Source: Octopus vulgaris (Eukaryota). Taken from it: a DNA stretch of 64,000 nt. The notes beneath the pieces are model-generated. The model made no database searches. It worked only from the letters and a program-made list of their open reading frames with translations, and was not told where the DNA came from. Location of the stretch: the NCBI GenBank assembly GCA_951406725.2, contig OX597820.1:82894001-82958000 (forward strand). The letters run 5' to 3'. This document shows, one piece after another, positions 13,770 to 27,484 of the stretch (positions are counted from its first letter, which is position 1; each line of letters opens with the position of its first letter). A program made the translations under genes and the position numbers.

Positions 13770-14770
13770 AACTCAACCAATTAGCGATCTGATAGAGCTT
13801 CAGGAATATAAAATTAAGGAGTGGAGGCCTATATAAAGATGATGCCTTATTCGCCATATCTGAACTCCCCGCACAAGCAACTGATAGATTAAGAAAAAAT
13901 TAATAAAATTTTTAAAATTATAGAAATTAGATGTCACATTTAAAAGATGTTTCTAAGTGTGTTAACATATTGGATGCAACATTAAATTTGGATAATGGCT
14001 TACTCTACCCCTATCATAAACCTAACAGAACTATTAAGCATATCCACGCCTTATCAAACCATCCCCAAAGTGTCATAAAACACGATATTTAAAAACAAAT
14101 TAGGCAATCAGTTTCTAAATATTACGAATTCTAATATTGACTCACATCCTATAAATGACCCCACCGAATACAAAAAAGAACAACACTTTAGAAGACACTA
14201 TATATTTTTCAACGCTACGGAGCAGAATAGGAACTATTCCGGGAGGAAACGGGAAATCGTAAGGTTTATACCCACTTTCTCCCTAAAGATAAGACACCTC
14301 CGTAAGATATTGTTTAGCATTATCGATAGGAAGTTCCCCACCTGGTCATAAATACCAGTCTATATTTAATAGATTGTGTCTGAAATTATCCCATTCTTCC
14401 ACACCCAATCTTGGATCTATCATCGCAGCAAATAACAGACTTAAACTTAGAAATAACGAAACCATTGGAGATAACCTAGCTAATTCTAACACGAAGAACG
14501 ATAATAAGGACTTGGATATAAAAAATAGAAAGAATAAACCCGGAAACAAAATAAAAACATGCAATTGTCGTAATAGGGAATTTTGTCCCCTTAAAGACTT
14601 CTGTTTAGGGAGAAATACCGTATATAAAGTCGAAGTCTCAACCCTTAATGAACCTAAAAAGATTTACGTAGGTAGTACTGTTGATTTTAAAAGTAGATAT
14701 AGGGCGCATATAAACTCGTTCACTAACCACGAAACAAAAAAACTCCTTATCTGAGTGTCTCCAACTGTAA
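13770..14770 (+). mobile_element. Penelope-like element fragment (Naiad-type linker), degenerate RT-thumb plus GIY-YIG
   Basis: GLYKDDALF, LDATLNL, SNHPQSV, then CNCRNREFCPLKDFC (CxC-x5-C-x5-C) and VYKVE...IYVGST...FKSRYRAH. Stops and frameshifts upstream. Confidence 0.85.
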
Positions 14771-15002
14771 CCTGACGCCTTGTGTGAGTGAATTCAGTAC
14801 ATGGAAATTTCTTGGCAGCCTGTTCGATGAGTCTGTCTGTCTGTTTGTCTATATGTACGTTGGTATGTATGCATTCATATATATATATATATATATATGT
14901 AAACATACACACACACATATCTGAATATACATACATAAATTCGCCATTCTGGATCGCTGAACTCTACAAATATTTTTCATTCTCTGTTTATTTTCTCTTA
15001 TT

Positions 15003-15040
15003 CCTTTCTGTTAAAGAACACAGATTCGAAATGTAAAAGA
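15003..15040 (+). ncRNA. Degenerate hammerhead (A6U family, cf. 62915-62952)
   Basis: CTTT-CTGTTAA-A-GAAC ACAG ATTC-GAAA-TG-TA-AAAG, followed by the same tail seen at 500-585 and 62820-62915. Confidence 0.5.
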
Positions 15041-15129
15041 CTTATTCAATTTTCCCGAGCGTCAAACTATTACACTTATTCCTTGGTCATACACCTGTCT
15101 TCGTCTGTTGTTTTTCTACAAATTTCAAT

Positions 15130-15191
<62 letters not shown>

Positions 15192-15320
15192 AGTGTGTGT
15201 GTGTGTGCGTTTGTGTGTGCATGTGTGTGTGTATGTGTGTGTGTATGTATATATGCATGTATATACATATATATATACATACATATATAAAAGCATATAT
15301 ACATACATAAATACAGTCAC

Positions 15321-15567
15321 CACTTGTTCTCAACCAGGATCCATATGGCTTGTAAGAGACCATATCAGCTTTTGTTAAAATTAATCTGCTATAAATTGTA
15401 TATACTTCTAGAATACAAAAACATTTTACCTTTTTTAATACAATTTCTAATAATAATTAATTATAAAAATATATTAGGTTTTTTTAAAGATCGATTGGTT
15501 AACAGGGTCCATCCGAATAAAACTGAAATCAAAGGGGTCCATGGGTAAAATTGGTTGAGAAGCACTG
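15321..15567. mobile_element. hAT (Charlie-like) MITE
   Basis: TIRs CACTTGTTCTCAACC / GGTTGAGAAGCACTG. Similar to 34234-34447. Confidence 0.7.
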
Positions 15568-16419
15568 ATTTAGAACTAGCCTGCGTCTGGTATGATAATT
15601 TTCACTGTATTCCTCTTTTGGTGTTTCCTCTCTCTCTCTCTCACTTTCTCTACCGTGTAGACCGTGACTGAATAACTCAACTAAACAACTAAAATTTCGG
15701 CTATTATTTAAAACTATCATAAAATCTTCGACTAGCTCTGACACTTATTCAAAATAGCAACTGAGAAATCTAAACTCTCACGCGAATTACCCTTTCATTG
15801 ATATACCTATATAAATCTAGGCATTCAGAATTTTTATGGCACTTATTGGTGTAATAAGTAGGGTCTTTGCTAGATTTTAAACATTCAGGGTTGGAACTCT
15901 CATTCACAATAATTCTAGGGCGTAGTTGCAGAATAAGTACATCATCGTAACTTTTTCAACGATTTCTTGGTTTAAAAACATCAGTAGTTTATAATATTTT
16001 TCTATTATTAACAACCGATAGACACTAAAGATCAATAACGATAAAGTAAAACTTGAAGATACATTTTAAAATTCAAAATAGAAAACAATATTTTAATTGG
16101 ATTTAAATACAATAAATTTTTAGCTCAGACAGAAAGTTTTGGAATGCAAAAAATGAAGAATCATTATTCATTTTGAAAAGTAGTTTTAAGGAAAACACTT
16201 ATCTTTGATAGACTTTAATGGTAGCGGAATGAAGAATGTCTCTTTATTTTGATAAAAAAAAAAAAATGGTTAAATTTCTTGGCTTTCACGTAAATTGAAG
16301 ACTAACAGGAAGAAAATGGTTTGACATACATACATACATACATACATACATACATACATACATACATACATACATACATACATACATACATACAGTAGTT
16401 GTAATCGAAACACATAGTT

Positions 16420-18800
16420 AAATGGAAATTATAGATCTGAACAGTTTTAAAGGTAAGTCTGAAGAGTCAATCCTCAAGTAAACCTTTCTTCAGTTTTTTA
16501 TAGGTATGATGGCAGAGAGAAGCGGTTCTTAACTGAGTACTCCAAAATAATGCCCCATATATGTTCAATTATAGTACAATCTATTTGCTGCCGTAGTTCG
16601 AGTGTTGTTAGACACAATACGTCCCCTTACACTATGGTCCTCCTCTGTAAGATTCACCTTCATTTCAGAATTATGCTTGTAGGAACTGGTGTTTACCTTG
16701 CATTAAACAGTTCAGCAATTCAAGTGTTTGAAGCCCCAGTCATCGGCCCGCCAACATTTTCTCCTCTTTGAAAGTCAGCTAGGTCATGCATTAAGAGTCC
16801 ATCTTGTTGCGAGCATTTCAATAAAAGTACCTTCTCTAAGCAACTTTTGATTTTTTCATATCTAAGCCTCATTGCATTCTAGTTTTCTCTATCACTACGA
16901 TTTTACTAAACCCCATCAATTCTTCTCTAATAGTCCATTTAAGATGAAGCAGCATTTGCTGTTGAGGCAGTTCTCTAATCATATCTGGAAGCTTGCTTCG
17001 TCGGTAGCGATGCATTTACCTTCCATTAACTGAGTCTCCGTCTATGAAATGCACCTCTGTCGAGTGTACAGATCAGAAATTTGTGATCTGAATAACTGAC
17101 GATTATAAACTATTGGCAAGCTACGCTATTCTTACCCACTGGCTTATACAATGTTCTATCTAGATAAGATTTGGATGACTTGATGATGTTTTTCAGTATA
17201 TATTAACATAGTGGAGAACTCTACTCAATAACTGTGAGACAAAAAAATTTGAGCAGATTTGGAGGCAGGTGCTTCGGAACTTCTCCTCCAATCAGTTATA
17301 CCGACAGAATTATAATGTGCTTCCAAGATAGCATTCCAATCTCCTAACTCTGAATATTGAGACGTTTCCAGGAAAATCACCAGATGCTTGAAATATTGGT
17401 CCAAACTTAAAGTGTTCACAACTATTAGTTTTCAGGCAATCTTTCTCTCTTTCTCAAGCCTAGGACTTACAACTTACATTTTAGATGTATGAAAATAACC
17501 CTGTCACGTGATCCAGACCTTTCCAAAAAAAAAAAAAACCCAACTCAACTCCCCGCTTTTGATCGAACTGAAGATGGCGGGATATAGTATTCATAGAAAA
17601 TGGGCAGTGGTCGGACATGCTGGTCTCGTTGACGGTCATCACCTCTATGTCTAGCGACCTTAGTGGCTGTGAAGGCGGGTCTAATTTCAGGACGACTCCG
17701 AGAAAAATGCATTTATACTGGTTATCTAAGTTAGTCATCTTGCCAGCAGGATGAAGGCATAAAAAGAAAGTATATATCGACTATGTGAACAGGCAGGTGA
17801 TGTCTTCCTTTCGGATGTTTGGAGGTATTTCCACTAACAGTTGTGAATATAGTATATTGTTTCCTATTCCTTTGCGATATTTAGGTTTTTTAGATGTCTA
17901 TGTCTGTTGTGATATGAGGATGGCTTTTTTTATGTGCGATGGAATAGTATTAGTTAAATAAATGTAGTTAATGTGCAATATTGTTCTATGTTGATGTATA
18001 TAATCTATTAATTCTCTACTGCTTGTGTTTGTGACTACGTACTTAATGATTTGCTTTTCGTTTGTGTTTAGGTGTGGGATCTATTTATTTGTGTGAGTGA
18101 AAATGCTTGTGCTTGCGCTTTTAATAGTGGTGTGCGGAATAGTGGTGGTGGCGATGGTTGTGTTGTGACAGTGTGGTTAAGGTGTTGACAGTGCTGGTCT
18201 AGCTGCTACTGCTGCTGCTTAATTGTTGTTCCGACTTACCTTCCCCCGTTCGTTCGCATCGACTATATTTTTGTGTTGTTTTTTCTTTGTTACTTTTCAT
18301 TTGTAATGTTTTGACATTTAGGTTCCATACCGTCAACTTAGTAACACGTGTCTGAATTCTCTTCAGTGTTTATGTTGAGGTTTATTGTCTTCGTGTTGAG
18401 AATGGTGTTCCTTTTATTATTTAGTAATTGTAGTTTCCAGTGCTGGTGTTGTCGCTGTGAGCGCTGCTTCCAGTCTTGTAAATGGTTCTACAATAATTAT
18501 TATTGCTATTATTTGCCATTTTTAGTGACTTTTTTTTTTGCATTGTGGTTGATGTTTCTGTTGGTGTTGAGGTTTTAGTGTTGGCAACAGTAAAATCATT
18601 CTTGAAACTGTCATATAGTGGTGTTTTGAGATAGAAAACCTTGAGGCGATCAGTGTTTTTAGAGAAGCAGCATCAAAGTCATCTGTGTTTCACTATCACC
18701 AGCAGTCGCTGCCTTCCAAGGATCTCTATTAGCTCAAGCATTTCGTCTAATGTCTCAAGATTCACTTAAATAAAAATAACCAACCACATCCATAGCCGAT
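16420..18800 (-). mobile_element. Degenerate Tx1/L1-type LINE (ORF1 remnant plus APE endonuclease)
   Basis: Minus-strand APE motifs LRSLDIEVMTVNETS, LGDWNAIL, YSDHK and WKVNASL, with many stops. Confidence 0.65.
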
Positions 18801-19439
18801 TTTCTGTTTGGAATTTTTATTTTTCTAGCAGCGCAGTAAAGTCTTCCAAACCACGCATTTTACTATTTACCAGAATCTAGTTGTGATGGCATGTTTCATA
18901 TTTTTCCTCCGTGCACTCTTCGTCCCACGTAAATAAATGACAATGTGAAATGTTCAGTTCTTTGTGGAACGGTGGAACGACGAAATGGTTCTGGGCTAAG
19001 GGTAAGTAACACGAATGTATCCGACGTTATGGGCTTGTCTCACAAAACTAATATCTTACCAAATGCTCAGTAAACCGAATTCAGATTGGTCTGAATGTAT
19101 ACGCTTGTCATTGATAAACATCCATAAGGAATTATTTATATGTACACATTTTTCTCTGCTCTAGCATGTTCATGTGTTTCTCTTCTTCTGTTAAATGTTC
19201 ATGTTCTTATTTAGTCTCAGGAAATGGAAGATAATAGTGTCTTGCCAAAAAAATATTCTTTGCCTTGTTTTCTCTGCTGTTGCTGCTGTTGGTATTACGA
19301 TCTTGTTTGAGATCATTATTCTTACGGCTGTTATGTTTGCTGTTAAACATATGCAAGATTGATTAAAATATACGAACATATATTATACGAGTATATCAAC
19401 ACAAGCATTGCCATACAGCTCATTTCTACATAGGTGTCC

Positions 19440-19640
19440 AAATATTAGGAAACGTACATAAATTTTGGATGAGAATTAATCCGATTACATCGATCCCAGT
19501 TCTCAGTTTGTCCTTATTTAATCGACCCCGAAAGGATGAGAGGCAAAATTGATCTCTACGCAGTTTGAACTCAGAACGTTAAGTCCAGAGTGATGTTGCT
19601 AGCATTTTCCCCGGTAAGATTCTGCCAGTTTGCTGTCTTA
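19440..19640 (-). mobile_element. SINE family B (Meta/Sauria-like central domain)
   Basis: ATCGACCCCGAAAGGATGAGAGGCAAA...TTTGAACTC, shared with 23420-23530, 40508-40680 and 51985-52193. Confidence 0.7.
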
Positions 19641-19942
19641 AAACTACATAAAATATTACATAACATAAATAACCACAAGAAACAACTCCAGAATTCACAA
19701 AAAGTAAACTCTGAGAGAATGTGTAGTCGTAAATTGAAAAGTGCTGTCTGTCTACTGTCTGTCTATCTATCTGACTGTCTGTCTATCTATCAGTCTGTCT
19801 ATCTATCTGTCTGTCTATCTATCTGTCTGTTTGTCTGTCTATCTGTCTGTCTGTCTGCTTGTCTGTCCGCGTGCCCGTCTCTCTGTCCGCGTAGCAGTCT
19901 GTCTAACTGTCTGCATAGCTGTATATCTATTTATCCAGATAC

Positions 19943-20019
<77 letters not shown>

Positions 20020-20803
20020 GTGTGTGTGTGCGTGTGTGTGTGTGCATACTTATCTCTGTGTATGTATGCAACATTCCGAAACTAAGCACTTTTGCTTCCA
20101 TATCGAACGCACACGCATGAAAAATTTAATAAAACTACCGATATAGTTCCGATTCTATAAGAAGTAAGATCATATTCCTGAATTCATGATGAAACACCTA
20201 CAGGGAAATCTTAGTAGAAATAAATACACAGATTTTGCTATTATAACGTCTATCTGTAACAGACAGACATTTGTGATTTCTGTAGACTTGACGACTAAGT
20301 ATTTTGCGCTCTAAATATAAAGCTAATTACTTAAGAGAAATCCTACAACATAAAATAGCGAAATTAATCAAAATTCAAAGTTACACTGCTATTATAGAAG
20401 TATAACATCGTAAATATATTTTGCAATTGAATTCAAAATGTATAAATTGTGTGCTGTGTAATTGGCAATAATATCAATAGAAAACTTCGACTAAAAATAT
20501 ATCATGTAACTCACAAATTAATGTTTCTGTAATTCTCATTATCGAATAACTGAATTCATGATCTGCATGTATGTTTGTCAGTCTAGTCTCACTCATACCA
20601 GCGGTGTTTATCAAGGCGTATAATATATCGAAGACGGAAAAGTGTTGTAACAGAAAACCAAGTAGCCTGGCTAATCGAGTCTGTCTGTCTGTCTGACTAT
20701 CTCTATGTATGTATGTATGTATGTATGTATGTATGTATGTATGTATGTATGTATGTATGTATGTATGTATTTATGTACATACGTATGTATGTATGTATCT
20801 CTC

Positions 20804-20865
<62 letters not shown>

Positions 20866-20870
<5 letters not shown>

Positions 20871-21246
20871 ACAGGTGGCTTTGTGGTAAGTAGCTTGCTT
20901 AACAATTACATAGTTCCGGGTTCAGTCCCACTGCACGGCACCATGGGCGAGTGCCTTCTACTATAGCCTTGGGCCGACATAAGCCTTGTGAGTGGATTTG
21001 ATTGACGGAAAGTGAAAGAAGTCCGTCGTATATATATATATGCATAAATATATATGTATATGCGTATGTGTGTTTGTGTATCTGTGTTTGTCCCCCACCA
21101 AATCGCTTGGCAAACGATGCTGGTGTGTTTAAGTCCCCGTAACTTAGCGGTTCGGTAAAACACACCGAAAGAATAAGTCCTGGTTTCTATTTGCTCGACT
21201 AGAGGCGGTACTCTAGAACGGCCGCAGTCAAACGGCTGATTCAAAA

Positions 21247-21250
<4 letters not shown>
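20866..21250 (+). mobile_element. SINE family A, full length
   Basis: tRNA-like head (TGGCTTTGTGGTAAG...GGTTCAGTCCC), internal microsatellite and family tail. Aligns to 44875-45275. Confidence 0.85.
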
Positions 21251-21277
<27 letters not shown>

Positions 21278-21309
21278 CGCACATATATATGTTTACTTAT
21301 ATATTTTTA

Positions 21310-21505
21310 ACCTTATACTCGTTTCAGTCATTTGACTATGGCCATGCTGGAGCACCGCGTTTTGTCGAATATATCTCCCTCAAGACCTATTCTTTGTAAG
21401 CCAAGTACTTAGCCTGTCGGGCTCGTTTGCAGAACCGCTAAATTACGGGACCGTGAACACACTAACATCGGTTGCCAAGCGATGTTGGGAGGACAGACGA
21501 ATCCA
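21310..21505 (-). mobile_element. SINE family A, 3' half
   Basis: Reverse complement of the family A 3' half. Confidence 0.8.
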
Positions 21506-21513
21506 TACATGTT

Positions 21514-21603
<90 letters not shown>

Positions 21604-21689
21604 CATACATACCAGGCACGTACCGTGAGTAATTACTCGGAGTAGGTAGTTGGTGACGTTTATGTAGTAACACGCACAAAAAATAAGTG

Positions 21690-22350
21690 AAACACAGGCG
21701 CACGACTGAAGTGGAGGCAGATTCATTGTTTTGCATGAATAACTTGCATCACGATAGTCTCTTTGCTGAGAACAGTCGTAGTAAGACATCATATTTGTGT
21801 TCCACCTGCCTTGATAGCTAGTTTCCATGGTCTCCATGTCTTAGTGGCATTTTCCCCTCCTTGTCACAACATATTGCACTGTGATTTTCAGGGAAGTAGT
21901 CCAGATGACTCTGCAGAAAATGCACTTTTACACTCATGTTGCAGTCTAGTACTCGAAAACTGGTTAAAAGGGTTTGCACAAGTACTTCATAATTTGATGA
22001 CTTCCTGCTTTTCAGGAAATCAGACACGATTGCGACAAAAGAATTGCGTCCTTTTTTAATCTTTGGCCCAGTAAACAACTTAAATTTCTGACACGACAAG
22101 GCTGTAAACTTTCTGCTTAAGTATTTAAAACAGTCACTGTTTTAATGTTTCAACACTTTTTATTCACTAAACGGGGAGCGGAGGCTTTGTCTTGATTATC
22201 TAGTTTCATGCCAAAATCAGGTAAGCTTTCTTCGCAAGATCTGTGAGTTTGTTTCGCTGCCTAGGTAAAGTGTAATATCCACAAAAATAGAAGGCATCGG
22301 AGATGTTTTTGCATTCTCTTCTGTTACAACTGGCCTTCATTTTGAAACAC
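21690..22350 (-). mobile_element. Internally deleted DNA transposon, Chapaev3-like (CMC group)
   Basis: Fragments RECKNISDAFYFCGYY, CFKYLSRKF, NMSVKVHFLQSHLDYFPEN and METSYQGRWNTNMM. Superfamily assignment is from recalled motifs. Confidence 0.65.
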
Positions 22351-23662
22351 AAAACATTTATTCAAGCCAGTTGTTATCTGGATAAATCAACTGTCAACAG
22401 TTATAAAGTTAGCAAATGCTGATATGCAAAGTTCCATAAAGAGAATATATACCATGAAATTCTTTCTACAAGTCTTTGAACACGCTTGACAAAATGTGAC
22501 CTAGGTCCATGTGACTCCACTATTAAAACATTAAGGGCACATACAAAATATAAATTTCCATAAGAAACAGTTAAACGTTCCAGAAAACATGTCTCAGCTG
22601 CTTCGCAAAAGACCGGTAGAATAAGTCTCTGCCTGCCTGTCTGTCTATCTGTCTGTCTGTCTCTCTCTCTCTCACACACACACAGACACACACACGCGCG
22701 CACGCACGCACAAACAAACACACACACACACACACACATACATATATATATATAAGCACTAGGCTCAATTCATTCGACTAAAATTTCTCCAGGTCGGTGC
22801 CCCAGCATGCCCGCATTCTACTGAAAGAAGCATAAGATGAAAAATATATAAATATACCATTATTATGATGCACAGGATTGTAAAATACGACACCGTATAA
22901 AAATTCGTTCGCACCGAAAGCATATAGAACGTTTGTTTACATAGAACAAATACGAACTAATATAGTTCTTAAATTTGACTGAAACAGGGAGACTAATTCT
23001 CTGGAGTAATGGTCACACACAACGGGATATGGGTTCGATTCCCACGCGGATAGAAAAGCATTCTGTTTCTGTCGAGGGCTTATATGCCCCTTTATTAGAC
23101 TATTTTCCTTAGTTATTGTCCGGTGATCTCTTTCAGCTTATATAAAAATACCATATATATATATATATATATATATGCTAGCAGTATTGCCCGGTTTTCT
23201 CTCTCACTATCTCTCTAACTCTCTATTTCACTCTTTCTCTCTCATTCTCTCTTTCTCACTCTCTCTCTCTCATTCTCTCTCTCACTCTCTCTCTCTCTCG
23301 CTCTCTATCTCACACTATCGCTCTATTTCACTCTCTCTCTCACTCTCTCCCTCTCTCTGTCACTCTCCTTCTCTCTCTCTCACTCTCTCTCCCATCGGAA
23401 GACAAAGAATGACAGACAAAAGGATTAAGTCGATTATATCGACCCTAGTGTGCAACTGGTACAGTTTTTAATCGACCTGAAATGATGAAAAGGAAAGCCG
23501 ACCTCGGCGGAATTTGAAATTAGAATGTAACTGAGTAAATTTCAATATTTAATGAATGGGATAAAGCCTAAACAAACACATTATCGATTTTTGCACTTGC
23601 GAGATGAATTTCGGAACAGAAATAGCGCAGTTCAATTTTCATTCGCCTAAACTTTAAGTGAC

Positions 23663-23722
<60 letters not shown>

Positions 23723-24020
23723 GTGTGTGTGTATGCCCATAGATTATATATATATGACAATAAATTTATATATATATATATATATATCACCGTAACTGAA
23801 AGGGAACAAAGGGTGCATTGAGCACCAGCATTGCTAGAATTAAGAGTCAAAGGCTCCAGGTAGAACATGTGACTAAGGAATTTTTGATTTCTCTTTTTAG
23901 GAATGCTAATGCCCATTGCAACTTTGGTCACTGTTAGTAAGGGTGAATTATTTCCTGTTTGGTTTTAAATTGCTTTTGGCCACCTTTATTATTTCATATA
24001 TATGTCTATCTATCTATCTG

Positions 24021-24076
<56 letters not shown>

Positions 24077-24155
24077 CCTACATCTCTCTCTTTCTGCATA
24101 TATATATATATATATATATGTATATTTATACACACACATATTCATACATACATAC

Positions 24156-24282
<127 letters not shown>

Positions 24283-24765
24283 TATAATTTATATATATTA
24301 GCATTTTCCTAAGTAATCCGACTTAACATTTGCTGTTCACTTAACATTACAGTTGGAGAAATTGTGTGACATGTTTTTAATAAAAGACAAGCTGTCAATA
24401 TTTCAAAGAATTTATTAAAATAGACAGAGCAGCAAAATGATGAAGGAGTTTATTTTCTTTTAAATGAATATTTGGGGGAAAATGAGTAAAGAAATTTCGA
24501 GCATAATCCCATCAAACAAAATTTGACGTCTTTGGAAATCGCGAAATTTTCTGACACATATACGGTTTACCGATATATGAACGGTTTAAAAACAATACAA
24601 ATTTATATCTAGTCGGAGAAATCAATCATATATTAGATGCAATGCATGATTTAAAATATTTCAATAGCCTTTTTTTTGTTCACTAAAGATATCTGACGAT
24701 GCAGTTTAATCACAATTAATAAACACCCATGTATATATGTATATATATATATATATATATATAGT

Positions 24766-24816
<51 letters not shown>

Positions 24817-24931
24817 ATATTCCGGTGTAAGCACATGGATGTGAAAGAAGGTGAAAAAAAGAGTACTCAAATACCAGAGTTAGAGTAATATGCTTTATTG
24901 AAAAGCAGCAGAAATATAACAAAAGCTATTT

Positions 24932-24986
24932 TAACAAAACTGTCCGACGAGCGGGAACGTGAAACTCTGAGTAACAGCTTTTGTTA
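24932..24986 (+). ncRNA. Type I hammerhead ribozyme, U4C variant
   Basis: TAACAAAA-CTGT-CCGACGA-GCG GGAA CGT-GAAA-CTCTGAG-TA-ACAG-C-TTTTGTTA. 12-bp helix I with one bulge; GNRA loop II. Confidence 0.75.
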
Positions 24987-25004
24987 TATTTCTGCTGCTT
25001 TTAA

Positions 25005-25052
<48 letters not shown>

Positions 25053-25479
25053 AGTGTGTGTGTGTGTATGTATGTGTTTGTGTGCGTGTGTGTGTGCATC
25101 CATATGCATACACACATGCCTACATACATACACACACATCTATATATATTAATTTACAATCATACGTACACATATATACATTTCGCTCTTGCATTTGGTT
25201 AGCAAGTTTCTTTATGTGAATTCGTGTGTTGATTCGTATTTCACCGTGTCTGGAGAGAGTCATTCTCTTTTAGTGCCCTATTACTGAATAGACATGTTTC
25301 TTTGCTGCTGTGTTAGTTGTAGGTCTGCCTTTTGGATTGTAGGTTTGACAGTGATTGGTATCATTGTTTTCTTTGACTTTTTGACACACTACTTCTTCTG
25401 AGCTATGTGTTTTTCCTGTAAATTCCTCCTGTTTAGGGACGAATTGCTTTCTCTTCTTTTCTTTTCTTTTTTACACTCT

Positions 25480-26990
25480 AAAATATGGATACCGAAATTA
25501 TTGGAAACACCCAACCAGAAGAATGCCAGACAAATAAATTGTACAATGAAATGTTTCCCTCCCTCCGAAGTGATGAAACGAAGAAGGTAAACTTGCCAAT
25601 AATGAACGTAAACAACCCGAATACCAAAACACAAGATAATGAAAAGATTAACTTCGCGTCCTTGGCTGGTGTTACTAGTGAAACGGTGCAAGTCGGCATC
25701 GGCGATCTTGAAAAATTCAATAGCTTATTAAAAAAAAAGAGGGCACAAATGTAAAATTAACTCTCCCAGAGGAAGTGATACAAACCACACAACGCCAAAA
25801 TATAACCTACAAAATGTTATCACTAAAATCTAAAGAAATAGAAAAGTCAACCAAAGAGGCCACCGAAAATTGTCTTCAACCTGTCTGGCATGAAACCAAA
25901 TATGTAGCAAGAGGTAAACACTACCGCACAGTTGAGTTGAGGTTCGCCTCCGAGGAAGAAACGAAAAAAACACTCTACGACATCCCCAAAGTCGGTGGAA
26001 CATGGAGGATAGAATTACCATCCTCTAGTCTACCAAGCTGCACCAATTAAACTAGTGGGGCCAGGGCCTGGAACTAATAATCCGGGCCACCAAGAGACCT
26101 AGAAGAATTACTCGACCAAGTGATATTACCTGACGAAACTGCAAGAAGAGTCATGCTGGATCCCCTTTACGCAACAACCCTCCTCAGATTGATGATCCAA
26201 AAGACGACAAAAAGAAACCAGCCAACACCACGCCAAAACAACCCACACCAGAAGCCTCAAGACAGAAAAAAGACCCAAAGAGAGACGCCCAAGAGATTGA
26301 AGTCAATGGCAATGAATGGACAGAAATTAAAAAGAGACGTAAGAGGAAAAACACATTCCTCACACACATTAACATCACAGACACCCAAATACCTGCATTC
26401 ACCCACCTTACATACAAGCCCCAAACACTCAACTTATTAACCCTCATACACAATGATAAATATCACTGCTATCAACACAAATAATACCACATTAGTTGAA
26501 CTTACACCTAATTATCCACATGTCACCCTTATAAAATCCCATGAAAATCGAATATACCAGACAACATTCAATTCATCAACATTGACAATATTTCATATAT
26601 AGACCTAAATGTAACACCCAAATAACATTGGCTCCCTACCAAAGACGTTCACCACACATTTACACACTAAATTCAGGGGGAGTACCTCACAAGTCACAAC
26701 CGAAGAAGAGGGGTTATCACCATCCCTCCTCAGCATATAAAATGTAAATAATTAAATTTATCCTGTTCTCGCTTGGTAGCGTAAATGTGCGTAACCTTGG
26801 ATAGAACTGGAAGCAAGGTCGTTTCCTAGATGTTCTCGGGTCACGGAACCTGGATGTAATGTTCACTAACGAAACCAAACTGAATGGACCGCGAGGGCAG
26901 ACTGGTCGAATTGGCGTGACGCATAGCAGCGGCAGTGCCTCCAGAGGGCAGCTGTCTATGCACCATGTACGACCGGACATTCTAGAGAAT
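25480..26990 (+). mobile_element. Tx1/L1-type LINE 5' fragment (ORF1 plus start of APE)
   Basis: Broken ORF1 (KYVARGKHYRTVELRFASEE), a low-complexity linker, then GSVNVRNL...LDVMFTNETKL, the APE N-terminus. Confidence 0.65.
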
Positions 26991-27224
26991 TTCTAGGGAA
27001 CGTCACACATCTATATATAAGTATGTATATATATATTCATATATACATACATACACATGCACGCGCGTGTATGCCTCTGTAATCTCTGGGGCTCGAAAAG
27101 CAGTTTTGTGCTAAACAACCCTGCACAGATGATAAAATATTTGCGTTGCATATTGACTCAGTCCTTCCATCAAAGCGACATTAATTGTGCAGATAAACAG
27201 TATACCTTGTATTGAGTGTTGGAA

Positions 27225-27340
27225 TGATTGCAGTGCTACGTGAGATTAAGTGTCTTGAACACACTGCCGCACCCAGGTATCGAACACCCACTTTCTGGCG
27301 ATCCTGAGCGAGATATCCCAACCACTAAACTACGTAGGAG
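27225..27340 (-). mobile_element. tRNA-derived SINE head (family C-like)
   Basis: Minus-strand A box TAGTTTAGTGG, B box GTTCGATACC, then CAAGACACTT. Confidence 0.6.
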
Positions 27341-27421
27341 TGTAATATGTGGTGTTTGTACAAAAGGAAATGATCCTCGCATCTCTGACTTCAGTATATA
27401 TGCTGCTGACGTATATATATA

Positions 27422-27484
<63 letters not shown>

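Noticed and set aside
23000-23050. tRNA gene (GGTTCGATTCCC B box)
   Set aside because: Too short and no complete cloverleaf. Likely a SINE or tRNA fragment.
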